Part shown: positions 51,136 to 61,075 of the stretch, piece by piece
Position numbering within the stretch: the stretch's first letter is position 1
Layout of the letters: every line of letters begins with the position of its first letter
NCBI GenBank assembly: GCA_048938105.1
Contig: JBHLMN010000016.1
Location: 64,001-128,000, forward strand
From: Promethearchaeota archaeon
Lineage (GTDB): Archaea; Asgardarchaeota; Heimdallarchaeia; Hodarchaeales; Hodarchaeaceae
Length of the DNA stretch: 64,000 bases
Direction of reading: 5' to 3'
Translations under genes and position numbers: made by a program
The notes under the pieces: generated by a model
Database searches by the model: none
The model's input: the letters and a program-made list of their open reading frames with translations, nothing else
Told to the model about the DNA's origin: nothing

Positions 51136-51633
51136 ATGCCAAAGAATATTAGAGAAAATTCTAAAAGGCTTGCTGTAATAAGAATTCGGGGCAGAGTCGA
51201 TCGAAGTTTATCTATTAAGAAAACATTAGAACTGTTACGATTAAATCGTACAAATCACTGTGTTATTATCGATGATCGTGAAACCTATAAAGGAATGTTA
51301 CAGAAGGCTAAAGATCTTATAGCTTGGGGTGAACTGGACTCAACAACAATGAAGGAATTACTTCTAAAAAGAGGTCGTTTAGAAGGTGGGAAGCGAATTA
51401 CAGAAGACTATATACAAAGTTTTACTAATTTCTCAAATATAGATGAGTTTGTAGACAAATTTATTAAGTTTGAAGCTAATCTTACAGATATTAAAGGACT
51501 TAAACCCGTTTTTCGACTCCATCCTCCACGAAAAGGTCATGAACGTCATGGTGTGAAGCAACCTTTCAGCCTTGGAGGAGCTCTTGGTTATCGTGGTAAT
51601 GAAATAAACGATCTTATATTAAAAATGGCTTAG
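51136..51633 (+). CDS. rpl30: 50S ribosomal protein uL30
   Basis: AVIRIRG, GMLQKAKD..AWGE, FRLHPPRKG; ATG at 51136 after GGGGTGA. Confidence 0.96.
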   Translation: MPKNIRENSKRLAVIRIRGRVDRSLSIKKTLELLRLNRTNHCVIIDDRETYKGMLQKAKDLIAWGELDSTTMKELLLKRGRLEGGKRITEDYIQSFTNFSNIDEFVDKFIKFEANLTDIKGLKPVFRLHPPRKGHERHGVKQPFSLGGALGYRGNEINDLILKMA

Positions 51634-51644
51634 AGTGAGATTTA

Positions 51645-52079
51645 ATGGCTATTAGAAAGAAAAAGAAGGTTCGTAAACAACGAGGAAGCCGAACTTATGG
51701 CTATGGTCGGATTTCTGGGGGTCACCGTAAAAGTGGTTCTCGTGGGGGAAAAGGAAATGCTGGAATAAAGGATCATCATCGAATTGGTCGGATCTCTGAA
51801 TTAATTCGTAATAAAAAAGGGTTTAATACTCCCAATATTCCATCATCTTATTTATCAATTAATGTAGGCGATATTGATGAACAACTCGACCTATTATTAA
51901 CCAAGAACATTGCTATAAAAGAAGGATCCATTATCAAAATTGATATTACTAAATTGGGTTACTCTAAAGTCATAGGAAAAGGATCAGTAAAACATCCTTT
52001 TCATTTATATGCAAAGAAAATTACAACGAAAGCTCAAGAAAAAATTGAGGCTGCTGGAGGTAAAGCTTTTACAAGCTAA
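51645..52079 (+). CDS. rpl15: 50S ribosomal protein uL15
   Basis: RGSRTYGYG, GSRGGKGNAG, KVIGKG, KIEAAGG. Confidence 0.96.
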   Translation: MAIRKKKKVRKQRGSRTYGYGRISGGHRKSGSRGGKGNAGIKDHHRIGRISELIRNKKGFNTPNIPSSYLSINVGDIDEQLDLLLTKNIAIKEGSIIKIDITKLGYSKVIGKGSVKHPFHLYAKKITTKAQEKIEAAGGKAFTS

Positions 52080-52160
52080 TTATAAGAGTAAGATTTTTAA
52101 TTATAAGTCATCTTACCATATTTACACAAGTTTATTCAAATGAATGGTTTAGAAAGAAAT

Positions 52161-52238
52161 GGGCCGGTGGTCTAGCCCGGTTATGACGTCTCCCTGACAC
52201 GGAGAAGGTCCCCAGTTCGAATCTGGGTCGGCCCACCA
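52161..52238 (+). tRNA. tRNA-Val(GAC), intronless, CCA encoded
   Basis: GGGCCGG acceptor, TCTCC-CTGACAC-GGAGA, TTCGAAT T-loop. Confidence 0.96.
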
Positions 52239-52516
52239 TTTCCTATTCATTCCCCTGTGAGAAATGTGTAAAAATATCTATTTTTCTTCTTTCTCATAAA
52301 GAAGTTAACCTTTTTGTGATTACAGTTGAAAATGATGTGTTCTTTTAAAATATGAATGTATAGGTTCTGAAATTAAGAATAAGTTATTTTACTTGAACCT
52401 CTTTAAGCTAGGAAGACAACTAGATGCATATCAATGGTTTAATAAATGATGATTGAAACAATGCAGTCTCTCCCATATGAGGGAGCTTAAAATATTAATC
52501 TAGCTTTCTATAAAAG

Positions 52517-52599
52517 CGTCGGGAGGGGGATTTGAACCCCCGAGCTCATAGAGCACTGGATTAGCAGTCCAGCTCCATACCAGGCTTGGATATCCCGAC
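52517..52599 (-). tRNA. tRNA-Ser(GCT), intronless
   Basis: GTCGGGA/TCCCGAC, CTGGA-CTGCTAA-TCCAG, long variable arm, G73. Confidence 0.95.
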
Positions 52600-52793
52600 T
52601 CACTCTATATCCATTTTGTATTATTATATCTAATTAAGTTTCTGCTACTATGGCGTTAAAATAACGTCTAAAAGTTATTGTTCTTAATTATTCATTGTAA
52701 AATTATTTTTCAATAAGTAACTTACTTGGGTTTATATGAATATTAGTCAAAAATAGTCGGAAATATTGTCTGTACTAACAAATTGTTATTTAT

Positions 52794-53282
52794 TTGGAGA
52801 TAAGAATGATATCTAAAAATTTATTGATGGCATTTCATAATTCACATAGTCGTAAAGCTGTAAAATTCTTTGCTGACACTTGTGTCGGCTTATCGTGTCA
52901 GAATGTCATCTTTAGTAAGATCACAGCCTCTGCAGCCTCCATAGGAATTCCAGATGCACAAAAATCTGTTCTTAACGCAGGAGGGAATTTACTCTTTTTT
53001 TCTGATGTAGAAGATATCTTGGAGACTTTAAATCCATCTAAAATATACCTACTTGTTTCTCGGAAGTATGGTGAGAAACCTATTCCATTTAATGAAATAG
53101 TAACTGATTTAAAGGTTGGAAAAGTATTAGTTGTAGTTGGAGGAACATCTCCTGGACTCACAAGGAAGGAATTAGACTTGGGGCAATGTATCTTCTCTGA
53201 TGAAGTCATCTTAGATATTAATCCGATTGCTTTAACAGCTTTATTTCTATATGGCCTATCTAAAGTTGTAAAAGATAGTTGA
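52794..53282 (+). CDS. SPOUT-like protein (COG4080-type)
   Basis: FHNSHS, SAASIGIPDAQK, VVVGGTSPGLTRKELDLG. Confidence 0.65.
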   Translation: MEIRMISKNLLMAFHNSHSRKAVKFFADTCVGLSCQNVIFSKITASAASIGIPDAQKSVLNAGGNLLFFSDVEDILETLNPSKIYLLVSRKYGEKPIPFNEIVTDLKVGKVLVVVGGTSPGLTRKELDLGQCIFSDEVILDINPIALTALFLYGLSKVVKDS

Positions 53283-54247
53283 AAATTGGAATGAGAATAC
53301 TAGATTTATTTTGTGGTGCTGGGGGTTTTGCGTGTGGATTTCTTCAAGCAAATCCTAGAAATAAAGTTGTCTTAGGTATCGATAATGATTCCCAAGTGTT
53401 ACATACTTATTGTGCAAACATAACACCTCAAGTATATAACAAGAATATTCAAGAAATCCACTCGTGCGAAATTCTTAACCTTCTAGATGACCAACCCCCT
53501 GATATACTTATTTCTAGTCCTCCCTGTGAATCATTTTCAGTAGCAAATCCTAATCGAGAGAGATCAGCTTATAATCAGCTTTATGCAGATGAAGTAGGGC
53601 GTCTAGTTCTAGACACAATACGTATTATTATCGATTTAGAGCCAAAACTATTCTTAATAGAAAATGTCCCTCAATTGGCTTCAACTGAAATGAAACGATT
53701 AATTTTACATGAATTCTCTCGCTCAAAATATAGATCAGTTTATTTCAACATTTTAAATGCAGAAGATTTTGGGGTACCAAGTCAAAGGAAAAGAGTTTTC
53801 ATTTCTAATATTGAATTGAAATCAACAAACACAACCTCATTCATTTCAGTGAAAAATGCATTTCAATCTTTACCTAAACCAAGTATAGAAATGAAAAATC
53901 ACCACTTAATCCCTCTTTCCAATAGAATTGTCAAGAAAATATCTAAAACACCTCCAGGAGGAGCTATTGTTTATTTTAAGGGAAGTCACAGAGGACTTTT
54001 TCGTAATTATATTCGTTTACAAGTAGATCAACTTAGTCCCACTGTAATGGGGAAAAGTCGATTTATTCACCCCTATGATACTCGCCTTTGTACAGTACGG
54101 GAACATGCTCGTTTAATGAGTTATTCTGATGATTTTCAATTCTATGGTTCTATAGTTTCACAATATAATCAAGTTGGAGAAAGTGTACCTCCATTAATGG
54201 CCAAAGCAGTGGCAAAACATGTCCTGAAGGATTTTCGCAAAAATTAA
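53279..54247 (+). CDS. cytosine-C5 methyltransferase (Dcm-like), orphan
   Basis: DLFCGAGG, SPPCESFS, IENV, QRKRVF, TVREHARL, QVGESVPP. Confidence 0.9.
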   Translation: MKIGMRILDLFCGAGGFACGFLQANPRNKVVLGIDNDSQVLHTYCANITPQVYNKNIQEIHSCEILNLLDDQPPDILISSPPCESFSVANPNRERSAYNQLYADEVGRLVLDTIRIIIDLEPKLFLIENVPQLASTEMKRLILHEFSRSKYRSVYFNILNAEDFGVPSQRKRVFISNIELKSTNTTSFISVKNAFQSLPKPSIEMKNHHLIPLSNRIVKKISKTPPGGAIVYFKGSHRGLFRNYIRLQVDQLSPTVMGKSRFIHPYDTRLCTVREHARLMSYSDDFQFYGSIVSQYNQVGESVPPLMAKAVAKHVLKDFRKN

Positions 54248-54275
54248 AAGAAAGTTTTTTGAACTAATTATTAAA

Positions 54276-54602
54276 ATGGACAAATATAAGAAAAAATGGT
54301 CTGTAGGGGTGTTCTTAACGCAGGTAAAGATTATTCGAAAAGAAGAATCTCTTTTAGAATTTGAAGTAATAGGTGAGGATCATACGTTTTTGAGTATGCT
54401 CCGTGAGACGTTAAAAGATCAACCTGGGGTTTTATTTGCAGCTTACAGGTTTCCTCATCCTCTTCTTGAAAATCCTATTTTTTATTTACAAACATCTTCG
54501 ATTGATCCAGTTAAAGCTCTTCAGCAAGCCGCTGATACTATCGTCCATAAATGTGATGATTTGACAGATATCTTTAAAGAAAAACTTTCTAACTCCGTTT
54601 AA
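54276..54602 (+). CDS. rpo11: RNA polymerase subunit Rpo11 (L)
   Basis: GEDHTF, AAYRFPHPL; true start may lie slightly downstream. Confidence 0.93.
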   Translation: MDKYKKKWSVGVFLTQVKIIRKEESLLEFEVIGEDHTFLSMLRETLKDQPGVLFAAYRFPHPLLENPIFYLQTSSIDPVKALQQAADTIVHKCDDLTDIFKEKLSNSV

Positions 54603-54622
54603 TCATTGTTCTGGGGTGTAAA

Positions 54623-55078
54623 TTGCAGAAATTAAAGAATTCACTTCGCAATTTTAGTAAAAAAAGCGGAAAAGAGGAAAATTTAGAAACATATATTTAT
54701 AAGAAAAGTAATGCAAAGCTAGGAGACTCTCTGGTCAATTTCATTTATTCAATAGCGAAAAGTATTGTTTCTGAAACAACAACAGGTACAAAAGTTTCAG
54801 ATTCAATTCTTTCGGAGGCTTATCGAAGATCTTTATGGTATTCCACAAATACTTTGAGATTAAAAGGAAAAAAAGACCGAATTGCTGATATTATCGAGGC
54901 ACTTATTCTCTATTTCTGGGTACACAAAGAATTAAGTCTTGAAAAGCTTATTAATCCCCTTATAGCCCAACTCGAACCAGACCGTCTTCATCATCCTAAA
55001 GAAGAGTATCTTTCTGCAATCATGTCATTTCAAAGACTTCTAGATATGCTATACAACCACTATATAGAGGAAGTATAA
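54623..55078 (+). CDS. archaeal ribonuclease III-family protein
   Basis: AKLGDSLVNFIYS, KVSDSILSEA, ADIIEALI. Confidence 0.78.
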   Translation: MQKLKNSLRNFSKKSGKEENLETYIYKKSNAKLGDSLVNFIYSIAKSIVSETTTGTKVSDSILSEAYRRSLWYSTNTLRLKGKKDRIADIIEALILYFWVHKELSLEKLINPLIAQLEPDRLHHPKEEYLSAIMSFQRLLDMLYNHYIEEV

Positions 55079-55177
55079 AAAGAATCTCACACAAAACATT
55101 AGATAAATAGTTAGTTAAGCCCTTCCGCCTGATACGAAGATCTACTCCGCTTTTCTAATTCACTTTAATAAGAATCA

Positions 55178-56371
55178 TCATAAATACTCATTTCGACCTG
55201 AAAATATGTCCCCACGAATAGTTAAAACCTTTCTAACAGCCAATTTAAAATCATCAAAAGTAACTATTGTTCGTCTTTCACGAATGGCAAACATACCAGC
55301 CTCTTGTGTTATAGCACGAATATCTGCACCCGAGGCATGTCTGGTTTCGTTAGCAAAATATGAATAATCAACTTTTGGATCAATATTCATCATACGAGCA
55401 TGGATTTTAAAGATTTCTAACCTTTCTTCTTGGTTTGGTAGAGGAACCTCAATATGTCGATCAAAACGGCCAGGCCGTAAAAGGGCAGGATCTAAAATAT
55501 CAACACGATTAGTTGCGCCAATAATTTTAACATCTCCACGCGGAGAAAAACCATCCAATTCGCTAAGTAACTGCATTAAAGTCCTTTGGACTTCACGATC
55601 TCCACTAGTAGCTATATCTAACCTTTTACTGCCGATTGCATCAAGTTCGTCAATAAATAGAATACTTGGCGAGTTTTCTCTAGCAAATGAAAAGACTTCA
55701 CGAACAAGTCTTGCTCCTTCTCCAATGTATTTTTGAACCAGTTCTGAACCAATTACTCGGATAAAAGTAGCTTTGGTCTCATGAGCAACAGCTTTTACCA
55801 TAAGTGTTTTCCCCGAACCAGGGGGACCATGAAGTAATACTCCTTTAGGTGGTTCTATACCAACTTTTTCAAATAATTCGGGTTGTAATAGAGGTAATTC
55901 AACTGTTTCACGTAGTTCCTGAAGTTGCTCTTTTAATCCGCCAATATCGGCATAGGTTTCAGAAGGTTTTGTTTCGATCTCCATAGAGCGGACACTAGGA
56001 TCTAATGACTGTGGTAGAACCTCAAGAACAGCAAAATTTCTTTGATGTAAAGCAACACGAGTACTCGGAGATAGTAACTCTTTAGGTATTGATGAATCAA
56101 CAACAACCACAAATGATGGCCCTGTTGAGCTTTTAACAATAGCCTTACCGTTTTCCAAGATTTCTTGTAATGTTCCAGTAAACAAAGGTGGTTGGCGAAG
56201 TTTTTGGAGTTCAAGCTTGAGATTATCTCTTTCTTCTTCTAATTTGTTTCGTTGGACTTCAAGCAATTGTCTTTCAGTTTCTAACGCACGAATTCGACGT
56301 TCCATGCTTCGAGTGTATGAATCAGCGAAATCATCAAAAGAAGCTTTCTTATCATCCACAGTGTCTGGCAT
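55178..56371 (-). CDS. pan: proteasome-activating nucleotidase PAN
   Basis: Coiled coil plus OB domain, GPPGSGKT, FIDELDAIG, DPALLRPGRFDR, C-terminal EYL. Confidence 0.96.
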   Translation of the reverse strand: MPDTVDDKKASFDDFADSYTRSMERRIRALETERQLLEVQRNKLEEERDNLKLELQKLRQPPLFTGTLQEILENGKAIVKSSTGPSFVVVVDSSIPKELLSPSTRVALHQRNFAVLEVLPQSLDPSVRSMEIETKPSETYADIGGLKEQLQELRETVELPLLQPELFEKVGIEPPKGVLLHGPPGSGKTLMVKAVAHETKATFIRVIGSELVQKYIGEGARLVREVFSFARENSPSILFIDELDAIGSKRLDIATSGDREVQRTLMQLLSELDGFSPRGDVKIIGATNRVDILDPALLRPGRFDRHIEVPLPNQEERLEIFKIHARMMNIDPKVDYSYFANETRHASGADIRAITQEAGMFAIRERRTIVTFDDFKLAVRKVLTIRGDIFSGRNEYL

Positions 56372-56779
56372 TCTATTACCTACTTATTATTCGATTTGTT
56401 TTAAATATAACAGATTTATCAAAGATTGATATGTTGAATAAAATTGGAGATTTGACTATTGGGTCGGAGATTGTAATAGCTGGCACGATTATGCACGATT
56501 CTGTCGAGGTCTCTCAACAAATCATCCCTTATTTTTCTTTTCTTTTCTTTTTTCATAATAAACAATGATGAAGTTTGATTTATAATTAGCGTTTATAGCA
56601 ACAAAAATGTATTTATTACTGAAATCAAATGCTAAATTTTTGAATGAATGGAGAAATCACCTCAATCGGTTAGATAAGGAATAGAGGATAGATTATAGAT
56701 AATCTACATAAGAAATCAACCAAAAATAGGCTTTAAAATTAAATAAAATAACTTCCAATCTTAAGAGGAAGTATTCAAA

Positions 56780-57301
56780 TTGAGTAGGATACAAACATGT
56801 GAGATGTGTGGGGTTGAAGCACCAGTCACCTTAATTGAAATTGATCATGTAGAGTTGCATGCATGTCCTAAATGTGCGAGATTTGGAAAACCCGTCATTC
56901 GTCGGCCAAAAAAGAAGATTATGGATCCTAAACCTCGTTATCAACCTCAAAAGAAATCTCAACCACGACACATAAAGCCGCCCAAGAAAGACTTTCTCCA
57001 TGATAAGATTCTAGTAGATGGATATGGTCAGTTAATACAAGAAACTAGGCGCAATCATGGGTTGGGACGGGCCGAATTTGCTCAAATGATAAAAGAAAAG
57101 GAAACCTTACTTGCTAGAATTGAAGCTGAGAAAGTATTGCCTACTGATCGTGTTGTAGCAAAAATTGAACGTGAACTAGACATTGAACTAAAAACAGAGG
57201 TTGCAGAGGAGGGTTCTATCATAGAGGATTTTATACCTAAGTCAACAACAATTGGTTCAATAGCTAAAATTAAAAGAAAAAAGAATAATAAATCATCTTA
57301 A
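56780..57301 (+). CDS. archaeal multiprotein bridging factor aMBF1
   Basis: CEMCG...CPKCARFG Zn ribbon, HTH, TTIGSIA. Confidence 0.9.
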   Translation: MSRIQTCEMCGVEAPVTLIEIDHVELHACPKCARFGKPVIRRPKKKIMDPKPRYQPQKKSQPRHIKPPKKDFLHDKILVDGYGQLIQETRRNHGLGRAEFAQMIKEKETLLARIEAEKVLPTDRVVAKIERELDIELKTEVAEEGSIIEDFIPKSTTIGSIAKIKRKKNNKSS

Positions 57302-57482
57302 CTGAAATTATATCTTTTTAGATCAGAAATTTTATTTCAAAACTCCACGATAAACTTTAACAACTTGGTATAAGGACGAAGTAGATAGATATATAGAGGC
57401 TTTAGGCCCCTCTTATAAGATAGATAGGTTGAAAATAGTTTCTTCACGAGCAATCCCTTTTAAAGAGAAGATAAACTTGGTT

Positions 57483-57863
57483 ATGCTTGATCCTCTAGCT
57501 AATGCGATGTCAACTATAGCAAATGCCGAAATTCTTGGTCGAAAAGAAGTAACCATTAGGCCTGCAAGCCGGATCATTGCGAATGTCCTTCGAGTAATAC
57601 AAAAGTATGGCACTATTGGTGAATTTGAAGTAATGGAAGACCTGTGGATTATTTCAGTTCAATTATTAGGTAGAATTTCTAAAATTGGAGTTATTAAACC
57701 CCGCTATCCTGTTAAAGTCAGAGATTATGTTGAATGGGAAAAACGTTTTCTTCCTGCTCGTGATATGGGGATCCTGGTAGTTTCAACTTCCGAAGGGGTA
57801 ATGTCTCACCATGAAGCTAAAGAAAAAAACCTTGGTGGACGATTACTAGCTTATGTTTATTAG
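57483..57863 (+). CDS. rps8: 30S ribosomal protein uS8
   Basis: [30 protein letters not shown]. Confidence 0.96.
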   Translation: MLDPLANAMSTIANAEILGRKEVTIRPASRIIANVLRVIQKYGTIGEFEVMEDLWIISVQLLGRISKIGVIKPRYPVKVRDYVEWEKRFLPARDMGILVVSTSEGVMSHHEAKEKNLGGRLLAYVY

Positions 57864-57888
57864 TAATGAAATTTAGGAAGGTACTATT

Positions 57889-58440
57889 ATGAAGCATTAC
57901 GAGATGGAAAGGATCATTAAGGTGCCTGAAAATGTCACCGCCACTCTAACTCCAGTCCGTGGAGGAAAAACTGTCCAGATTAAAGGGCCTAAGGGAGAAC
58001 TTCTTCGAACATTTGAACGCTTAACAGTTCTCATTTCTCTTAGCGACAAGAAATTCACAGTTCAAAGCTTTTTTGGAAACAAGGCTGAAGCCTCTATGGT
58101 TGGTACCATCGCGGGACATATCTCTAATATGATAAAAGGAGTTACAGAAGGGTATACATATAAAGTTCGTGTGATTACATCACATTTTCCTGCTACTGTT
58201 GAAGTTCTAGAGAATACTATCTCGGTGAAAAACCTTTATGGAAGACGAGACCCAATAAGAATACCTTATGACAAGGCAGTTTCCGTTACTGTAAAGGGAG
58301 ATATGGTGACAATGACTGGAATAGACATTGAAAAAGTCTCGCAAACAGCAGCACGGTTGGCAGAAGCAACTCGCTTGCGAGGAAGACAAAGTAAAGATCC
58401 AACCGTCTTCCAAGATGGACTGTATGTAGTACCCTCCTAG
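57889..58440 (+). CDS. rpl6: 50S ribosomal protein uL6
   Basis: KGPKGEL, NMIKGVTEG, SHFP, FQDGLYV. Confidence 0.96.
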   Translation: MKHYEMERIIKVPENVTATLTPVRGGKTVQIKGPKGELLRTFERLTVLISLSDKKFTVQSFFGNKAEASMVGTIAGHISNMIKGVTEGYTYKVRVITSHFPATVEVLENTISVKNLYGRRDPIRIPYDKAVSVTVKGDMVTMTGIDIEKVSQTAARLAEATRLRGRQSKDPTVFQDGLYVVPS

Positions 58441-58663
58441 ACATCTACCAAAAAAGGTTCTTGAGTCTTGTTAATAGCTTTAGTATTAAGGCATAAAAGT
58501 ATTTGATTCATCTTTAAGAATCAAGTAGAAATCTTACGGGGTTGTATCTAGTATCGCTATTGGCAAAAAGGTTAAAAAAAAGAGCTAGTAAAACTTATTA
58601 CAACCTTAAACAGAAAATGAATTCCAATATCTACTGAAATGCTTACAGTAACAGATATGTGAA

Positions 58664-58789
58664 GGGCCTGTAGCTCAGTTTAGGGTGTTCAACATTCACA
58701 CTCTCTGAAATGGTTAGAGCGTCCGGCTCATAGAGCTCAAATGAGCTTGAGAAACCGGATGGTCGTGGGTTCAAATCCCCCCAGGCCCA
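58664..58789 (+). tRNA. tRNA with CAT anticodon (probably Ile2, possibly elongator Met); introns at 17/17a (58681-58710) and 37/38 (58733-58753)
   Basis: GGGCCTG/CAGGCCC acceptor resembles tRNA-Ile; both introns form strict BHB motifs (UCAG/CUGA; CUCA/UGAG). Confidence 0.88.
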
Positions 58790-58806
58790 ACTCCCTTTCA
58801 AAAAAA

Positions 58807-58942
58807 GGCATCATAGCTCAGTTTAGGAAAGAGTATTCCGTCTTTCTTCTGAATAGGTAGAGCGTCCGGCTGTTAAAAGGTTACAATGAGAAAAATCCTA
58901 GCAGATACCGGGTGGTCGCAGGTTCAAGTCCTGCTGGTGCCG
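58807..58942 (+). tRNA. tRNA-Asn(GTT); introns at 17/17a (58824-58854) and 37/38 (58876-58906)
   Basis: GGCATCA/TGGTGCC, TCCGG-CTGTTAA-CCGGG, G73; BHB helices UCAG/CUGA and CUGU/GCAG. Confidence 0.92.
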
Positions 58943-59008
58943 TTTTTTTTTTCAAAAATCACACCTGTAACATAAGTGGTTGATTTAATTACAAGAATGA
59001 TTTTGGGT

Positions 59009-60889
59009 TTATTCATCATTTTCTTCTAGAAGTGGACGGCTGGTAGTAACAAATTGTTCTAGAACTGGCTGAATCATAGTAAAGGGGACTCCTGTGGTTG
59101 CAATAAGACTACTAACCAAGATCATATTTAGATGATCCATTTCTTCAATAGTAAGGTCTTTATCTGAGAGGAGAATATTGATAAATTGTGAAACCAAGAG
59201 AGGAAATTCCGGGTCACTAATCGGTATTTTCTTTAAGACAGCCTTGATGTTATTAATAAAAGAGATTCCTATTTCAATAAATGTATTGTTTAAAGGGATT
59301 TCAAAGAAATCAAAATTGTATAGGAGTTCATCGACCTCAGCTGAAGAGGCATCAAATTCAGAAACGAAAATTGCTTCCTTCGTAATAAATTCCAAATGAA
59401 GGACCAATTGTTTCTGTTTAAAAACATTATCACTTCTAAGTAATCGTTTAACAGTTAATCTAACGGAATGATAATATTCCTCATCACAATGATCACCTAG
59501 GTAATTGATAGCCTGAAGAAGAGTTAGAATAGCACGACCAAAATCCTTTATAGGTGTTTGATGGCCATGGAGAACATCTTGTCTGAAATCTCGTGCTATA
59601 ATCATAATGGATAATTGAAGTAGATTTTCGAAGAAATGTTCGAAATTTTTGTCCTCTGTTTGAATTAATTCGTCAAGAGTTTCTTCTAGCTCTGAGATTT
59701 CCTCTTGATCAATGGTATAGCGCTTCATTACTACATCCAGATCTTCAACATTCTTCTGTTGAATTCCAGCTGGATATTCTCTCTTATGAATGTACACTGC
59801 TTTCAAAATCGGAACTATTGCAAGATTTTGCCTTTCAGGGTCATTTTGTTTTTCATAAATAGCTTCAACTAATTCAATAGCCTTTGATAGGTGATAGAAA
59901 ACAAAATCTTCGCCAAGAAGATACTCTAATGCCAAATTAAAGATTGCTCCGAACCATTTCACATGAAAATTTTTTGAAAATGAAAAGCTTGTCAAGAATA
60001 TATTCTCTATGTGCCACATTTCACGAGTAATTAGAGACGGATTAATGTAATACTTTTGGAAAATGTAATGTTTAAGTTTTCGGGAGGGTCTATAGTCTAT
60101 AGAATCTTCCTGTAAGACCATAGTGGGTAACCATACTGGAACGAGTGAAATTGTATAGTTGAACGCTTTAGCAAACTCACTAAGATCTTTGATCTTTATT
60201 TCACCTTTTTGGAAAGGAATATCAAGAATGGGGGGAGCAATATGATCAGATTCTTCGAAATGAAGTTCAATATTGTAGAAATCTACCAATGGATTACATA
60301 ACCCTCTTTTCATCATCTCAACGTTGACAAAAATGTCTTTGAGTGATAAAAGGGCGACTTGTGAAATTTTTTTAAGAAATGTAACTAGCTCTTCCTGTTT
60401 AAAACTTTCAGGAGGGACAATAGAAGCTAATTGGGTGAAAAAATCCAGACTAAAAACTAAAGAATTACGTAATTGAACCTCAAGACCACGCTGCCGTTGA
60501 ACAGAGTGTAAAATTTCGTGAAAAATCAATCCAGTGAGCCCATTTCGATGAACAGGTTTAAGTAAGGGAGAGTTTTTTTCTAATTGAATGAAAACGAATT
60601 CCTTATCCTTGTAACCATAAGAAAAAGATGTTTGAAAGTGATCGTCGAAGATACGTTGAAGATCATCAACCTCTTTTTGCGATAAGCCTGAATTTAAGAT
60701 AAATGAATTTACTTCATTAGAATTGTCAATGTCCGAAAAAATCAATGTCAAGTCTATGATTGGCTCGCAGAGAGTTCTTAACATTGGAGAGTGTAAGATT
60801 TCTCTTAAATCATGTTCTATTCCCTTGAAAAAGTCTAGAAGGACAATTTTAAGGGAATCATTCAATTTTTCCATTAGGACTGCTTCCAT
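59009..60889 (-). CDS. hypothetical acidic helical protein with HExxH motif
   Basis: 626-aa ORF; GLIFHEILHS followed by KDIFVN. Confidence 0.65.
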   Translation of the reverse strand: MEAVLMEKLNDSLKIVLLDFFKGIEHDLREILHSPMLRTLCEPIIDLTLIFSDIDNSNEVNSFILNSGLSQKEVDDLQRIFDDHFQTSFSYGYKDKEFVFIQLEKNSPLLKPVHRNGLTGLIFHEILHSVQRQRGLEVQLRNSLVFSLDFFTQLASIVPPESFKQEELVTFLKKISQVALLSLKDIFVNVEMMKRGLCNPLVDFYNIELHFEESDHIAPPILDIPFQKGEIKIKDLSEFAKAFNYTISLVPVWLPTMVLQEDSIDYRPSRKLKHYIFQKYYINPSLITREMWHIENIFLTSFSFSKNFHVKWFGAIFNLALEYLLGEDFVFYHLSKAIELVEAIYEKQNDPERQNLAIVPILKAVYIHKREYPAGIQQKNVEDLDVVMKRYTIDQEEISELEETLDELIQTEDKNFEHFFENLLQLSIMIIARDFRQDVLHGHQTPIKDFGRAILTLLQAINYLGDHCDEEYYHSVRLTVKRLLRSDNVFKQKQLVLHLEFITKEAIFVSEFDASSAEVDELLYNFDFFEIPLNNTFIEIGISFINNIKAVLKKIPISDPEFPLLVSQFINILLSDKDLTIEEMDHLNMILVSSLIATTGVPFTMIQPVLEQFVTTSRPLLEENDE

Positions 60890-61075
60890 GAAAAACAGAT
60901 TTCGATCTAGAATACCCTTTATTGTAACATTAAAAACAAATTCCCATCCAAGATTATTATCTGAAATTGAAGTAGCAAATATTTATAAAGAGTTTATAAA
61001 GAATTGATGATAAATAGTTGAAATTCAGCAATTCTATAAAATTAAGCGTTTTCAGAATTGTATTCTTCATAAAAG

